Positions 1-8,895 of a stretch of DNA of 64,000 bases are shown here, in pieces. Each line of letters opens with the position of its first letter. The first letter of the stretch is position 1. The notes under the pieces were generated by a model, which was not told where the DNA came from, did no database searches, and saw only the letters and a list, made by a program, of their open reading frames with translations. The translations under genes were made by a program, and so were the position numbers. This DNA is from Alphaproteobacteria bacterium. GTDB lineage: Bacteria; Pseudomonadota; Alphaproteobacteria; JAWKYA01. Location of the stretch: the NCBI GenBank assembly GCA_041396725.1, contig JAWKYA010000005.1, positions 7,250 to 71,249 of the forward strand, written 5' to 3'.

Positions 1-705
1 GCCGAGGACGACCCGGCGATTTTGCCGGCCCTTCTTCTCAATTTTTATAACTTCAATGGGGCCAATTTCACCAGTGCGGCGGACATGAGTCCCGCCACAG
101 GGCTGAAGGTCTAGATCTTGTACTTTAATAAGGCGAACCGTTCCTGCTCCGGTGGGCGGCTTCACGCTCATCGTTTTGATAAGCTCGGGACGACGTGCAA
201 GCTCATCATCTGTAATAAAGGTCGCGTCTACCGAGTGATCGCCTTCAATCAGGGCGCAAAGCTTCTCGGTGATTTCTTCTTTAGTTACGGACATTTCAGG
301 AATATCAAAATCTAACCGGCTACGATCCATGCCCACTTGTCCGCCTGTTACGGGAAAAGGGAGCACGGCTGATAATAAATGCAGAGCGGTGTGCATTTTC
401 ATATGCTTGTATCGCCTCTCCCAATCAAGAAAAGCGGTAACGGGAGTTCCTGCCGGAGGCGGTTGTTCTTGGGAGTCTATAATATGAAGAATTTCGCCGA
501 GGGCAGGTCCTTTTATCGTATCAGTAATTGTCAGGCGACGGCCATCGCCTAACAGAAGATATCCTGTATCTCCAGGTTGGCCACCCCCGGTAGGATAGAA
601 GATTGTCTTATCGAGCAGAATACCATGATCGCGCACGTCGATAATTTCTGCTGTGCAGGTTTGTAAGTAAGCGTCGTCGCGAAAGAGAGAGAGGGTTTCT
701 GTCAT
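1..705 (-). CDS. AlaX-type alanyl-tRNA editing protein (partial; C-terminus lies beyond window start)
   Basis: Absent from the ORF track because there is no stop inside the window. My minus-strand translation from the ATG at 705 reads MTETLSLFRDDAYLQTCTAEI...HMHTALHLLSAV...LQPCGGTHVRRTGEIG. It has the HxxxH and CxxxH zinc motifs of the AlaRS/ThrRS editing (second additional) domain. 705 nt equals 235 codons, open to position 1. Confidence 0.8.
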   Translation of the reverse strand, partial: MTETLSLFRDDAYLQTCTAEIIDVRDHGILLDKTIFYPTGGGQPGDTGYLLLGDGRRLTITDTIKGPALGEILHIIDSQEQPPPAGTPVTAFLDWERRYKHMKMHTALHLLSAVLPFPVTGGQVGMDRSRLDFDIPEMSVTKEEITEKLCALIEGDHSVDATFITDDELARRPELIKTMSVKPPTGAGTVRLIKVQDLDLQPCGGTHVRRTGEIGPIEVIKIEKKGRQNRRVVLG

Positions 706-718
706 TTGGGATCGAACC

Positions 719-1780
719 TCACGAGTTGTCTAAGCCGATACGACGTAAGTCATCTATTGGATGAGAGGAAGTTAACCACTCAGGATAAGGGAGATTTTTT
801 TGACGAAGAAATTCGGGGTTAAAGAGTTTCGAAATATAGCGGGTGCCACTATCGCATAAGATTGTCACAATCGTATGGCCAGGGCCAAGTTGTCGTGCAA
901 GGCGGATGGCGCCTGCTACATTGATCCCCGAAGATCCTCCTAAGCAAAGGCCTTCTTGGCTTAAAAGATCAAAAATAACAGGAAGAGCTTCTTCGTCGGG
1001 GATTTGAAAAGCATCATCGATAGGTGCATTTTCAAGATTAGCAGTAATCCGGCCTTGCCCAATACCTTCGGTGATTGAATTGCCCTCTGCTTTAAGTTCA
1101 CCATGTTTGTAATAATGATACAAAGCTGCGCCCATAGGGTCAGCTAGAGCAATGACAATATCTTTCTTGCGTTCCTTTAATGCTGATCCTACCCCTGCTA
1201 AGGTTCCACCTGTTCCAACAGCAGCAACGAACCCATTAATTGTCCCATTGGTTTGTTCCCAAATCTCGGGGCCAGTTGTTCGATAATGCCCATCGCGGTT
1301 GGCTGTATTATCAAATTGATTTGCCCATATAGCACTGGCTTTTTCGGTATTTGCCAGATGCTCGGCAATACGCCGAGAAACATGGATGTAGTTATTTGGG
1401 TCGCGGTAAGGCACTGCTGGAACCTCAATGAGCTTCGCACCACACAATCGAAGCATGGATTTCTTTTCTTCGCTTTGCGTCTCTGGAATAACAATAATCG
1501 TCCGATAGCCACGAGCGTTTCCAACCAAGGCAAGACCGATGCCTGTATTGCCGGCAGTACCTTCAACAATGATACCACCAGGTGCCAAGCTCCCCTCGCG
1601 CTCTGCCGCCTCGATAATTGCCAGGGCAGCGCGGTCTTTAACAGAGCCTCCCGGATTCAAAAATTCAGCCTTTCCGAGGATACGGCACCCCGTCGCCTCG
1701 GAGACCGTACGAAGCTCGATAAGAGGCGTATGGCCAATGGTTCCTGTTAAGCCTGGTTGAATTTTCAAGGCGTAACCCAA
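719..1780 (-). CDS. PLP-dependent cysteine synthase / CBS-family enzyme
   Basis: 353-aa ORF with the NPGGSVKDR PLP-lysine motif, GTAGNTG and GTGGTLAG loops. TTG start. It ends 13 nt before the alaX-like start, so the two are probably co-transcribed. Confidence 0.85.
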   Translation of the reverse strand: MGYALKIQPGLTGTIGHTPLIELRTVSEATGCRILGKAEFLNPGGSVKDRAALAIIEAAEREGSLAPGGIIVEGTAGNTGIGLALVGNARGYRTIIVIPETQSEEKKSMLRLCGAKLIEVPAVPYRDPNNYIHVSRRIAEHLANTEKASAIWANQFDNTANRDGHYRTTGPEIWEQTNGTINGFVAAVGTGGTLAGVGSALKERKKDIVIALADPMGAALYHYYKHGELKAEGNSITEGIGQGRITANLENAPIDDAFQIPDEEALPVIFDLLSQEGLCLGGSSGINVAGAIRLARQLGPGHTIVTILCDSGTRYISKLFNPEFLRQKNLPYPEWLTSSHPIDDLRRIGLDNS

Positions 1781-1922
1781 TCAAATGTTAACAAACACTA
1801 GCTAACTATAAGAAAATCTTGGGATAAGTCACGATAAACCATTATCGGCGAAAAGTAATCTAATAGGTATTTTCTTATTTATTGGGAAATTCTATGATCC
1901 GCAGCATGGCCGCATAAAGGAG

Positions 1923-3101
1923 ATGACAATGCTGACCGTCGGTGATCCTGCTCCGTGGTTTGTTGCGCCTTCGAGTGTTAATCCACGATTCGATTTTAGT
2001 CAGGCGGCAGGCCGCCATATCGCTTTGTGTTTTTTTGGTTCCGGTGGAAATCCCGAGATCGCGCGGATGATTAAGACGCTCCACGAGCCGGCGAATCTAC
2101 TCGATGATGGGCGCATCAGTTTCTTTGGCGTGAGCAACGATCCTGCCGATGAAAACCGTGAAGCGACGAAAGCTCGGGTCCCTGGGATAAGGTTCTTTTG
2201 GGATTTTAACCATGAAGTTGCCAAGCTTTACGATGTTGCTGAGCGTTTGACAGGGCCGAATGGCGCAACACCGGTGACCTTCTTGCTCGATCCGTTTTTG
2301 CGTGTGCTCGGTGTTTTGCGCGATCTATCGCCGGCAAATCATGCCAAGGCACTTATGGCGGCAGTCATTGCTTTACCAACCCCAGCCAAGCCTGAGCCAG
2401 CTCCGCAAGTGGCACCTGTTCTCGTTATCCCGCGCGTTCTAGAGCCAAGCTTCTGCCGCGAACTTATCAAGCTTTACGATACGAATGGCGGCGAAGATAG
2501 CGGGTTTATGCGCAACGATAACGATGGCCGCACTTATGGGATGATCGATTATCGTTTTAAGCGCCGTCGTGACTATAATATCGAAGATGAGACTGTCCGC
2601 CGGGCACTAGCTGCCAGAATTAAACAACGATTAATTCCTGAAATACACAAGGCATTTCAATTTCAGGTAACACGGATCGAACGGTATATCGTTGCATGCT
2701 ATAATTCGAATGAAGGGGGATATTTTAAAGCGCATCGCGATAATACAACCAAGGGTACGGCCCATCGCCGTTTTGCTGTGACTATGAATTTAAATGCTGA
2801 GGAATATGAAGGCGGAGATCTTATGTTCCCCGAGTTTGGAACGCGAACTTACCGAGCGCCGACGGGCGGTGCTGCAGTTTTCTCGTGCTCCCTTCTGCAC
2901 GAAGCGACGCCGATCCGAAGCGGTAAGCGGTATTGCACGCTTCCATTTCTTTACGATGATGCAGCAGCAAAGGTGCGGGAGGCTAACCTTAAATTCATGG
3001 CACCAACCGACGAGTGGAAGAACGCCAATAAAGGCGATACGGATGGTATCAGTAAGCCTGCGCTAGATATTTTCATGCCTCCTCCGGTCATCTCTGGTTG
3101 A
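1923..3101 (+). CDS. Fusion protein: N-terminal redoxin/peroxiredoxin-like fold plus C-terminal 2OG-Fe(II) oxygenase
   Basis: 392 aa. N-terminus GDPAPWF...ALCFFGS...FFGVSND resembles the AhpC/TSA fold. C-terminus has HRD...(EGGDLMFPEF)...LLHEATPIRSGKRY, i.e. an HxD...H facial triad plus a 2OG-binding R/K. Confidence 0.75.
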   Translation: MTMLTVGDPAPWFVAPSSVNPRFDFSQAAGRHIALCFFGSGGNPEIARMIKTLHEPANLLDDGRISFFGVSNDPADENREATKARVPGIRFFWDFNHEVAKLYDVAERLTGPNGATPVTFLLDPFLRVLGVLRDLSPANHAKALMAAVIALPTPAKPEPAPQVAPVLVIPRVLEPSFCRELIKLYDTNGGEDSGFMRNDNDGRTYGMIDYRFKRRRDYNIEDETVRRALAARIKQRLIPEIHKAFQFQVTRIERYIVACYNSNEGGYFKAHRDNTTKGTAHRRFAVTMNLNAEEYEGGDLMFPEFGTRTYRAPTGGAAVFSCSLLHEATPIRSGKRYCTLPFLYDDAAAKVREANLKFMAPTDEWKNANKGDTDGISKPALDIFMPPPVISG

Positions 3102-3457
3102 GAGGAGTAACGATATTAACGAGAGTTTTCTGTTGGCTGAGGAGGGGCACAGAACAGGCGAAAATCGAAAAGCAACCCAGCACCCGTGCTAAACAGCTCC
3201 AAAAAATGGGCAGTCCGGTAAGGGGGCTATGATCGCAAAATCTGCGGTTTTCAAGCAATTTGCCAAAATTAGAATCCCCCATTTCCAAGCGGGAAGATGC
3301 CCTTTATAGTCGGCCGAAAGCCGGGGAGCGTAGCGGCAATTATATATAAGGCAATATAAATATGCCGGGTGAAATAAAGGGAAACAGAAAGCAATCTCAT
3401 ACGATTGCACGTTGGAGAAAAAAGCGAACTTACTGCAGGCCTTGGGAGGCAGTAGTA

Positions 3458-4621
3458 ATGATCGTTCTTTTCTGCGCCTTACCTTTCGCGGCATTTGCAG
3501 ATTTAACGCAAGGTCGTGCCGCCTATCTTAGTGGTAATCACCGTCAAGCTCTACGGCAACTGGAGCCAGCGGCGAGTGCGGGTGACGCAGAAGCACAGCT
3601 TCTTATCGGGTCTCTTTATCTGCATGGGCACGGGGTTCGGCGCGACCCTGATAAGGCGATCACTTATATTACGCGGTCAGCTGAACAGGGACAGATCGAA
3701 GCGCAGACTCTTTTGGGTTTCATCTATTATTATGGAACGGGCTATGCCACTGACGATCGGTTTCGCGATTTTGAAAAGGCTGTGACGTGGGCTACGAAAG
3801 CGGCCAATAACGGTGATAACTTCGCACAATACCTTTTAAGCCGTATGTATGAAGCTGGCGTTGGAACATCGCCCGATCGTGAAAAAGCTTTAGAATGGAG
3901 TCGTAAAGCCGCTGAAAAAGGAAATGCCGGAGCGCAGGTCCTTACAGGTTATCTGCTTGTTCGGGATTTCCCATCTGCAGTCAATCTAATCGAAGCTTAT
4001 CATCAATTCAATAAAGCGGCCGCTGCCGGTTATCCAGGTGCAGAGGATAATCTTACGCAAATGAAAACATTATTGGTTGCTAATGATCTGTGGGATCAAA
4101 CTGTAAACGCACCGGTGTCACCAGAAAAAGTCGGTGGTGGTCGCGAGCTCGATCGGGTCTATGCCCAAGCAAAGGCAAAGCCACGTGATCAACAACTTCG
4201 GATTACCTACGCTAATCTACTGCGTGCGGCGAATGCTCCCGAGAAGGCAGCTGCTGAATATTGCGCTGCCCTTATTCTAAAGCCGGACGATTTGACGGCG
4301 CGCACTCAGCTAACTCAGCTTGGTCATACAGAATGCCCAGCTCTGCGAATGGTCGATAATGGGAGCTGGTTACAAGGTACGCCTCAAACAGCATCGTCAG
4401 AAAATGGGTTGTCGTCGTCGCAGGAAGCAGCGTCTTCAGGGAGTAAGAGTGCCTCTGCGGTACCGTCACGTGAATCAGTGGCTATTTTAGAAGAAAATAA
4501 TGCAGCTGACACGCAAAAAGAATGGATGATTCGTATAGGTGCAGGCGGTATTTATGCGCCAAATTTTGAAGGGTCAAATCGGTACCGTTTGGCTCCTGTT
4601 CCTATTTTCGATGTTAATTGA
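3458..4621 (+). CDS. Secreted Sel1/TPR-repeat protein; its open frame continues into the N-terminal strand of a MipA-like barrel
   Basis: The track ORF is 3362..4621. The likely start is the ATG at 3458, preceded by GGGAGG and followed by the signal-like peptide MIVLFCALPFAAFA. Repeated Sel1 units (AEAQxxLGxxYxxGxGVxxDxxKAxxW). The last ~35 aa (EWMIRIGAGGIYAPNFEGSNRYRLAPVPIFDVN) already look MipA-like. Confidence 0.75.
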   Translation: MIVLFCALPFAAFADLTQGRAAYLSGNHRQALRQLEPAASAGDAEAQLLIGSLYLHGHGVRRDPDKAITYITRSAEQGQIEAQTLLGFIYYYGTGYATDDRFRDFEKAVTWATKAANNGDNFAQYLLSRMYEAGVGTSPDREKALEWSRKAAEKGNAGAQVLTGYLLVRDFPSAVNLIEAYHQFNKAAAAGYPGAEDNLTQMKTLLVANDLWDQTVNAPVSPEKVGGGRELDRVYAQAKAKPRDQQLRITYANLLRAANAPEKAAAEYCAALILKPDDLTARTQLTQLGHTECPALRMVDNGSWLQGTPQTASSENGLSSSQEAASSGSKSASAVPSRESVAILEENNAADTQKEWMIRIGAGGIYAPNFEGSNRYRLAPVPIFDVN

Positions 4622-5208
4622 AGACCGGGTTCTCTTAACCGCAAAATCCGATCCCTATAGAGCGGGCTCTAAGTCCAGAGATTTCCTTAATGCTCTGGAT
4701 ATGAAAATGCCACCTTAGGGGTTAGGGCAGGGTATGATTTGGCCGTGATGCTGATGATTATATTGAGGTTTAGATGATAATGATCCGTATCTGCGATTAG
4801 TGCATACGGCATTGTTCATGTCGATAACTTTGCCGTTGATATAGGGTTTGATCACGATGTTCTTGGATCGACAGATGGTGGTGTCTAAATATCGGTCTTA
4901 AAGTAGATTTAGATTTCCAACGCGGACAGCATTCGATGTTCGGGTTGACTGACCTTGCAACGGAGTCATGGATGAAAGCTATTATGGCGTATCGGCATTG
5001 GTCTCAGCGCTCGGGTATCCCGCCCATGATCCAGGAGCTGGTTTTAAGGATATTTCTTTATCGGACGCCTTACACAGAATATAATGGATCATTGGGCTTA
5101 TCGCAGTTGCGCGGATAGGCAAGATTGACTGGAGATGCAGATGAAAGTCCTGTCAGTCGGACCGATATGCAAGGGAGTGGAGGGTTAGGCGTTGCCTACA
5201 CATTTTAA
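4516..5208 (+). pseudogene. MipA/OmpV-family outer-membrane beta-barrel region with a repeatedly broken reading frame
   Basis: Family-like segments are scattered over all three + frames: IGAGGIYAPNFEGS..APVPIF, GVRAGYD/FGRDADDYIE, GLDDNDPYL, SAYGIVHVDNFAVDIGFDHDVLGSTDGGV, LNIGLKVDLDFQRGQHSMFGLTDLATESW, DESYYGVSA..GYPAHDPGAGFKDISLS, AVARIGK, LTGDADESPVSRTDMQGSGGLGVAYTF*. The terminal Phe is typical of OM barrels. Confidence 0.7.
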
Positions 5209-5225
5209 CTTTTGTGGAGAAAGAA

Positions 5226-5585
5226 ATGTCGTCTGAAAACCAACTAAAGTACTTAAATGAACAATATGTCCGCGCCTCGCTAGAAGGGGATGTCGAATGG
5301 TACCGTCGTCATTTAGCAGAAGATTTCGTTTGCATTGATTCGGATGGCAGTGTGCTCAATAAGGCTGCGTTTCTAGATCAAACTGCACAAGGTTCGGAAC
5401 TTGCTTCGTATAACTTAGATGAGGTGAATATTCGGCTCTATGGCGACGTGGCTTTAGTGCGTGCGACGGGGTCGTGGAAAGCCAAGAATGGCCATCCCGG
5501 TGTAAGCCGTTATACCGATATTTATGTCCGATCGGGAGATGATTGGCGGGTTGTTTCTGCTCAGATCACACGTCCTGCGGCCTAG
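5226..5585 (+). CDS. NTF2-like / DUF4440 (SnoaL-like) family protein
   Basis: The track ORF starts at GTG 5214. The ATG at 5226 follows GGAGA. The sequence YGDVALVRATGSWKAKNG...YTDIYVRSGDDWRVVSAQ is typical of DUF4440. Confidence 0.7.
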   Translation: MSSENQLKYLNEQYVRASLEGDVEWYRRHLAEDFVCIDSDGSVLNKAAFLDQTAQGSELASYNLDEVNIRLYGDVALVRATGSWKAKNGHPGVSRYTDIYVRSGDDWRVVSAQITRPAA

Positions 5586-5614
5586 TTTCGTAGAAATAGT
5601 TTTCTAATGAAAAA

Positions 5615-5641
5615 GTGAGCCCCCGTTTGACGGGGGCTCAC
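5615..5641 (-). terminator. Rho-independent terminator downstream of the EF-hand gene; it sits between two convergent genes
   Basis: Perfect 11-bp stem gtgagcccccg / cgggggctcac with a 5-nt loop. The A5 run on the + side (5610-5614) gives a U-run when read on the minus strand. Confidence 0.75.
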
Positions 5642-5694
5642 AAGGGGCTTTCCGGATGTGGGGGAGGGGGAGTCCGTTCCGCCCCTATATTGCT

Positions 5695-6417
5695 TTAATT
5701 AGGCTTAGTCATTTTATCTTTCATGTGTTGCCGCATGGTTTCATGCGCTGCTTTCATTTCTTCTTGCGTCACCTTGCCGTTATGATCAGCGTCGATGCTG
5801 GCAAAACGCTTATCGGCAGCTGCCATGGATTCGGCCTTTGAGATCGATCCATCGTGATCGGTATCGAGCATATCGAACCAACGTTTACGTGCAGCTTCGC
5901 GACGATAAGGATCAGTCATGGTATTATGCCGGTCTTTTGCAAATTCAGCGAACTCATCCTTTGTGACCTTACCATCGTTATTCTTGTCGCCCTTCGTGAA
6001 AGCTTGATCGGTACGCTCTTTCATGCGGGAGATCATCTGATCTCGCGCTAGATCGGATTCGGCCTTAGTAATGACACCGTCATGATCGGCATCGATCCGA
6101 TCGAACCAGCCTTGGCGAGCGCCCATGTCACCACGATGATGGTGGCGGTGATTAAATCTCATTTGTGCTGCTTCTTCTTGGGTGATCTTGCCATCGTTAT
6201 TTTTATCTAACCGTGAAAAGGCACGCTCGCTTCCGGCGCGGAACTCTTCAACAGAGACCGAACCATCAGCGTTAGCATCGATCTTCTGCCACATCCTCTC
6301 ACCACGCATTTGATGCCGATCTTGTTGCGTTGGCGCAGCGATGGCACTTGCGGTCAAGGTAACGATACCGACCATGGCAACACTACTTAGGAGGATGGTT
6401 AAAGATTTGGTCTGCAT
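5695..6417 (-). CDS. Secreted EF-hand calcium-binding repeat protein (six EF loops)
   Basis: 240 aa with a signal peptide (MQTKSLTILLSSVAMVGIVTLTASAIA). Six Dx[ND]xDGxxxxxE loops: DANADGSVSVEE, DKNNDGKITQEE, DADHDGVITKAE, DKNNDGKVTKDE, DTDHDGSISKAE, DADHNGKVTQEE. Confidence 0.8.
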   Translation of the reverse strand: MQTKSLTILLSSVAMVGIVTLTASAIAAPTQQDRHQMRGERMWQKIDANADGSVSVEEFRAGSERAFSRLDKNNDGKITQEEAAQMRFNHRHHHRGDMGARQGWFDRIDADHDGVITKAESDLARDQMISRMKERTDQAFTKGDKNNDGKVTKDEFAEFAKDRHNTMTDPYRREAARKRWFDMLDTDHDGSISKAESMAAADKRFASIDADHNGKVTQEEMKAAHETMRQHMKDKMTKPN

Positions 6418-6749
6418 TAAAGCCTCTCTAGGACTAGGGGGTCCGTTTCATTATGAACGAGGCGACCTTATGAAATTTCATCTGAATATTATCTGAATAG
6501 GTTTAAGTCGGCAAAAGATAGGCCTTGTTTAACTTAAAGGCCTGCTCACATGTTTGTGGTTTGTAACTAGCAAACACATGTTATCTTGATTTTCATGCGG
6601 ACAATGCGCTGTGGAAAGTACAAAATTACCTGTCATCGTATAGTGTTATGCAGGATAGAGATTAGATATATACGGCTGAGAGTATCGGTTTGGCATACTC
6701 CTCAAGCTCGCACAATCGATCAACTTGATTATGGATCACTATATGTTCG

Positions 6750-7253
6750 CTATTGATGCCGTTCAGCGTTTTGCATCTGAAAGAACAGCCCTGTTTCCGG
6801 GTCATTGATGAATTTCATAGTACCAGTGATAGTCACAATACCGTCATCCCATTCTACGGGTTTCTTGGAAAACACCTCGACGATTTCGTTCGGTTCGCCA
6901 GGCGGGCAGAACAGGCAAGTCGGAGTCCGCTTAGATAGTAAATAATGTGTGAATTTTATCTTTGCTTCCAAGGGCAACATGAAGCCACTGATCGTGAATG
7001 GCTTCCCCTCCATTGCTTTCACCTCTGGCGTATAATCTATGGTGTATGTGTATTTTTTCGGGTCAAGATGTACTTTGCATTTAATGAAGGCGGCCCAAAG
7101 ATTGTCGTGTGATTGCGGTAGTGCATTCTGCGCTTCGCGTTCGGCGCTGGGTTGTCCGACCGATATCTCTTGCTTAGAGAAGCCACAGAGCAGAAAGATC
7201 GCTGTGAATGCAGCAAGAGGTCTAATGACTTTTTTCAGCATTTTTCTCGCCAT
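6750..7253 (-). CDS. DUF3299-family periplasmic protein (last gene of the Zur-headed operon)
   Basis: GKPFTISGFMLPLE...THYLLSKRTPTCLFCPPGEPNEIVEV...VTITG matches my memory of the DUF3299 pattern. Has an N-terminal signal/anchor. An alternative ATG at 7241 overlaps the upstream stop (ATGCTGA). Confidence 0.7.
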   Translation of the reverse strand: MARKMLKKVIRPLAAFTAIFLLCGFSKQEISVGQPSAEREAQNALPQSHDNLWAAFIKCKVHLDPKKYTYTIDYTPEVKAMEGKPFTISGFMLPLEAKIKFTHYLLSKRTPTCLFCPPGEPNEIVEVFSKKPVEWDDGIVTITGTMKFINDPETGLFFQMQNAERHQ

Positions 7254-7690
7254 TCCTTCACTTTACCGGCTGAGAGTATACCGTAATATTTACGGCACAC
7301 TCGGCCTTTTTTGTCCAACATCACACTATAAGGAAGTGCGAGCATTCTATCGTTACCAAAGGCGGTTAACACGGCCTTACTCTCATTTTGCGCAACGAGT
7401 ACCCGCACATTTTTGGGCATTGGTGTGAGGCGTCCCCGTGTATGCTCAGCATCTTTTAAGGAAACGATGGCTATTGATAGATCGGTATTCTGCCTCGCTA
7501 TGTTCGGTAGAATGTTTATTTCCTTCATGCAGGGTGCGCAGCCCGAGCTCCAGAAAGTTATCATCCTGGCTTGACCAAGATCGGTAGATTTGCCGTTGAT
7601 ATCTGTAAAGTGTGCATTGCCAATGCTTTCTGCCGAGCCGACCTGAGCGAGGGCAATGACTAAAACTATAATGTAAGGTACCGCTTTCAT
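7235..7690 (-). CDS. TlpA/ResA-like periplasmic thiol-disulfide oxidoreductase (thioredoxin fold)
   Basis: The track ORF extends to 7789 inside the permease gene. The realistic ATG at 7690 overlaps the permease stop (ATGA). Signal peptide MKAVPYIIVLVIALAQVGSA; WSSGCAPC CxxC motif. Confidence 0.8.
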   Translation of the reverse strand: MKAVPYIIVLVIALAQVGSAESIGNAHFTDINGKSTDLGQARMITFWSSGCAPCMKEINILPNIARQNTDLSIAIVSLKDAEHTRGRLTPMPKNVRVLVAQNESKAVLTAFGNDRMLALPYSVMLDKKGRVCRKYYGILSAGKVKEWREKC

Positions 7691-8895
7691 CGCTGTACGA
7701 GCGTTTTGAAGATATCGATGCGATAGGCGCGCAGTGCGGGTAGGAGCGCAGCGCTGATGCCGATGACAACGCTTGCCACCAGTAACCAACCTTCCTCAGG
7801 TAAAAATACCATACCGGTCAGGGGAATATGTTTGGTTTCCGAAAGTTGAATAGCAACAAACTGCACAAATATATGGCCAAGTAAAATACCTAGTACTGTG
7901 CCAGAGAGTGCCAGTACGAGACTCTCTATCGTTACCAAGCCGAATAGTTTACCTGGTGATGCGCCAAAGCTGCGCATGAGCGCTAGAGTATAACGGCGCT
8001 CTTCCATAGCATTATAAAGCGCCACAAAGATGCCAGAGCCAGCCAGGCTAATCAGAAACCAGCCAAATATACGTAACGTATCCGCGCCAACTCCTATGAA
8101 ACTAGTTAGGCGCGCAACTTCGAATGCTGGGCTTGCCGCCTGCATGGAAGTGGATTTGTTGATCTCGCGCGGTAAGGAAGCTGCTGCTATGGGCGTTTTG
8201 TAGGCAAGCAGCAAAGCGGTAAGCTCTTTGCCAGGATGTTCTTTCTTATAGGCAACTTCTTCTGGATCGTCTTCGTCGGGGTGCTCATGCACATGCCACA
8301 CGCTTTCCACTGGCGTCAGGACGAGTCGATCAAGCACCGTCCCGGTAGGTTTCAATATGCCAACTACCGTGTATGGAAAATCAGTGTGCAGATCGTCGCT
8401 ATCGATCAGTCCGTGCGCACCTATGATTTGATCTCCTAGCTTATGATGGTATTTCGCTTCTATCGCGCTGCCGAGTACCACTTCCATCTGCTGTGTGAAA
8501 ATCTTACCTTCTGTCAATTGACCATTATAGTGACTGATATAACCATCATTTGTGCCAACAATACGAAAGCCATTGTAATTATCACCTAAAGCCACAGGAA
8601 TTGCGGTTTTCACCATCGGATGCCGCTCCAGCTTTTTAGCTTCTTCCAGAGGTATATTGCCGGTTGGGATATCAAGGTAGAGAACACTGGAGAGAATTAG
8701 TTGCATGGGGCTACCCTTGCCCCCCACTACTAAGTCAATGCCTTCCAGGTTTTTGGTGAGTTCGTTATCAAGCTGTGCGTTAATCGAGAGTAACGCTACG
8801 ATCATCGCAATGCCGGAGGCGAAGGTGATGAGGTTCAAGAATGTACCAAGTAATTTATGTCGCAGATAAGCGAGGCTCAGAGTTAAGCTATTCAT
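7687..8895 (-). CDS. ABC transporter permease, FtsX/MacB-LolC type
   Basis: 402 aa. An N-terminal TM helix, a large periplasmic domain and a C-terminal FtsX-like three-TM bundle. The ATG overlaps the ATPase stop (ATGA at 8892-8895). Confidence 0.85.
   Translation of the reverse strand: MNSLTLSLAYLRHKLLGTFLNLITFASGIAMIVALLSINAQLDNELTKNLEGIDLVVGGKGSPMQLILSSVLYLDIPTGNIPLEEAKKLERHPMVKTAIPVALGDNYNGFRIVGTNDGYISHYNGQLTEGKIFTQQMEVVLGSAIEAKYHHKLGDQIIGAHGLIDSDDLHTDFPYTVVGILKPTGTVLDRLVLTPVESVWHVHEHPDEDDPEEVAYKKEHPGKELTALLLAYKTPIAAASLPREINKSTSMQAASPAFEVARLTSFIGVGADTLRIFGWFLISLAGSGIFVALYNAMEERRYTLALMRSFGASPGKLFGLVTIESLVLALSGTVLGILLGHIFVQFVAIQLSETKHIPLTGMVFLPEEGWLLVASVVIGISAALLPALRAYRIDIFKTLVQR

Noticed and set aside
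1198-1760. ORFs of 73-165 aa nested within or antisense to the cysteine-synthase-family gene
   Set aside because: They lie fully inside a strongly supported 353-aa gene, and their composition looks like frame-shifted translation.
3088-3494. Two minus-strand ORFs (66 and 101 aa) between the 2OG-oxygenase fusion gene and the Sel1 gene
   Set aside because: They overlap each other and the Sel1 start region. They have odd composition, no RBS and no motifs, so they are probably non-coding promoter DNA.
4621-5208. Calling the MipA region a genuine decayed pseudogene
   Set aside because: Not adopted as the primary reading. Most breaks I examined are single-base deficits and none needs a nonsense substitution, which is atypical for real decay. 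The region is kept as frame-disrupted in the feature list pending read evidence.
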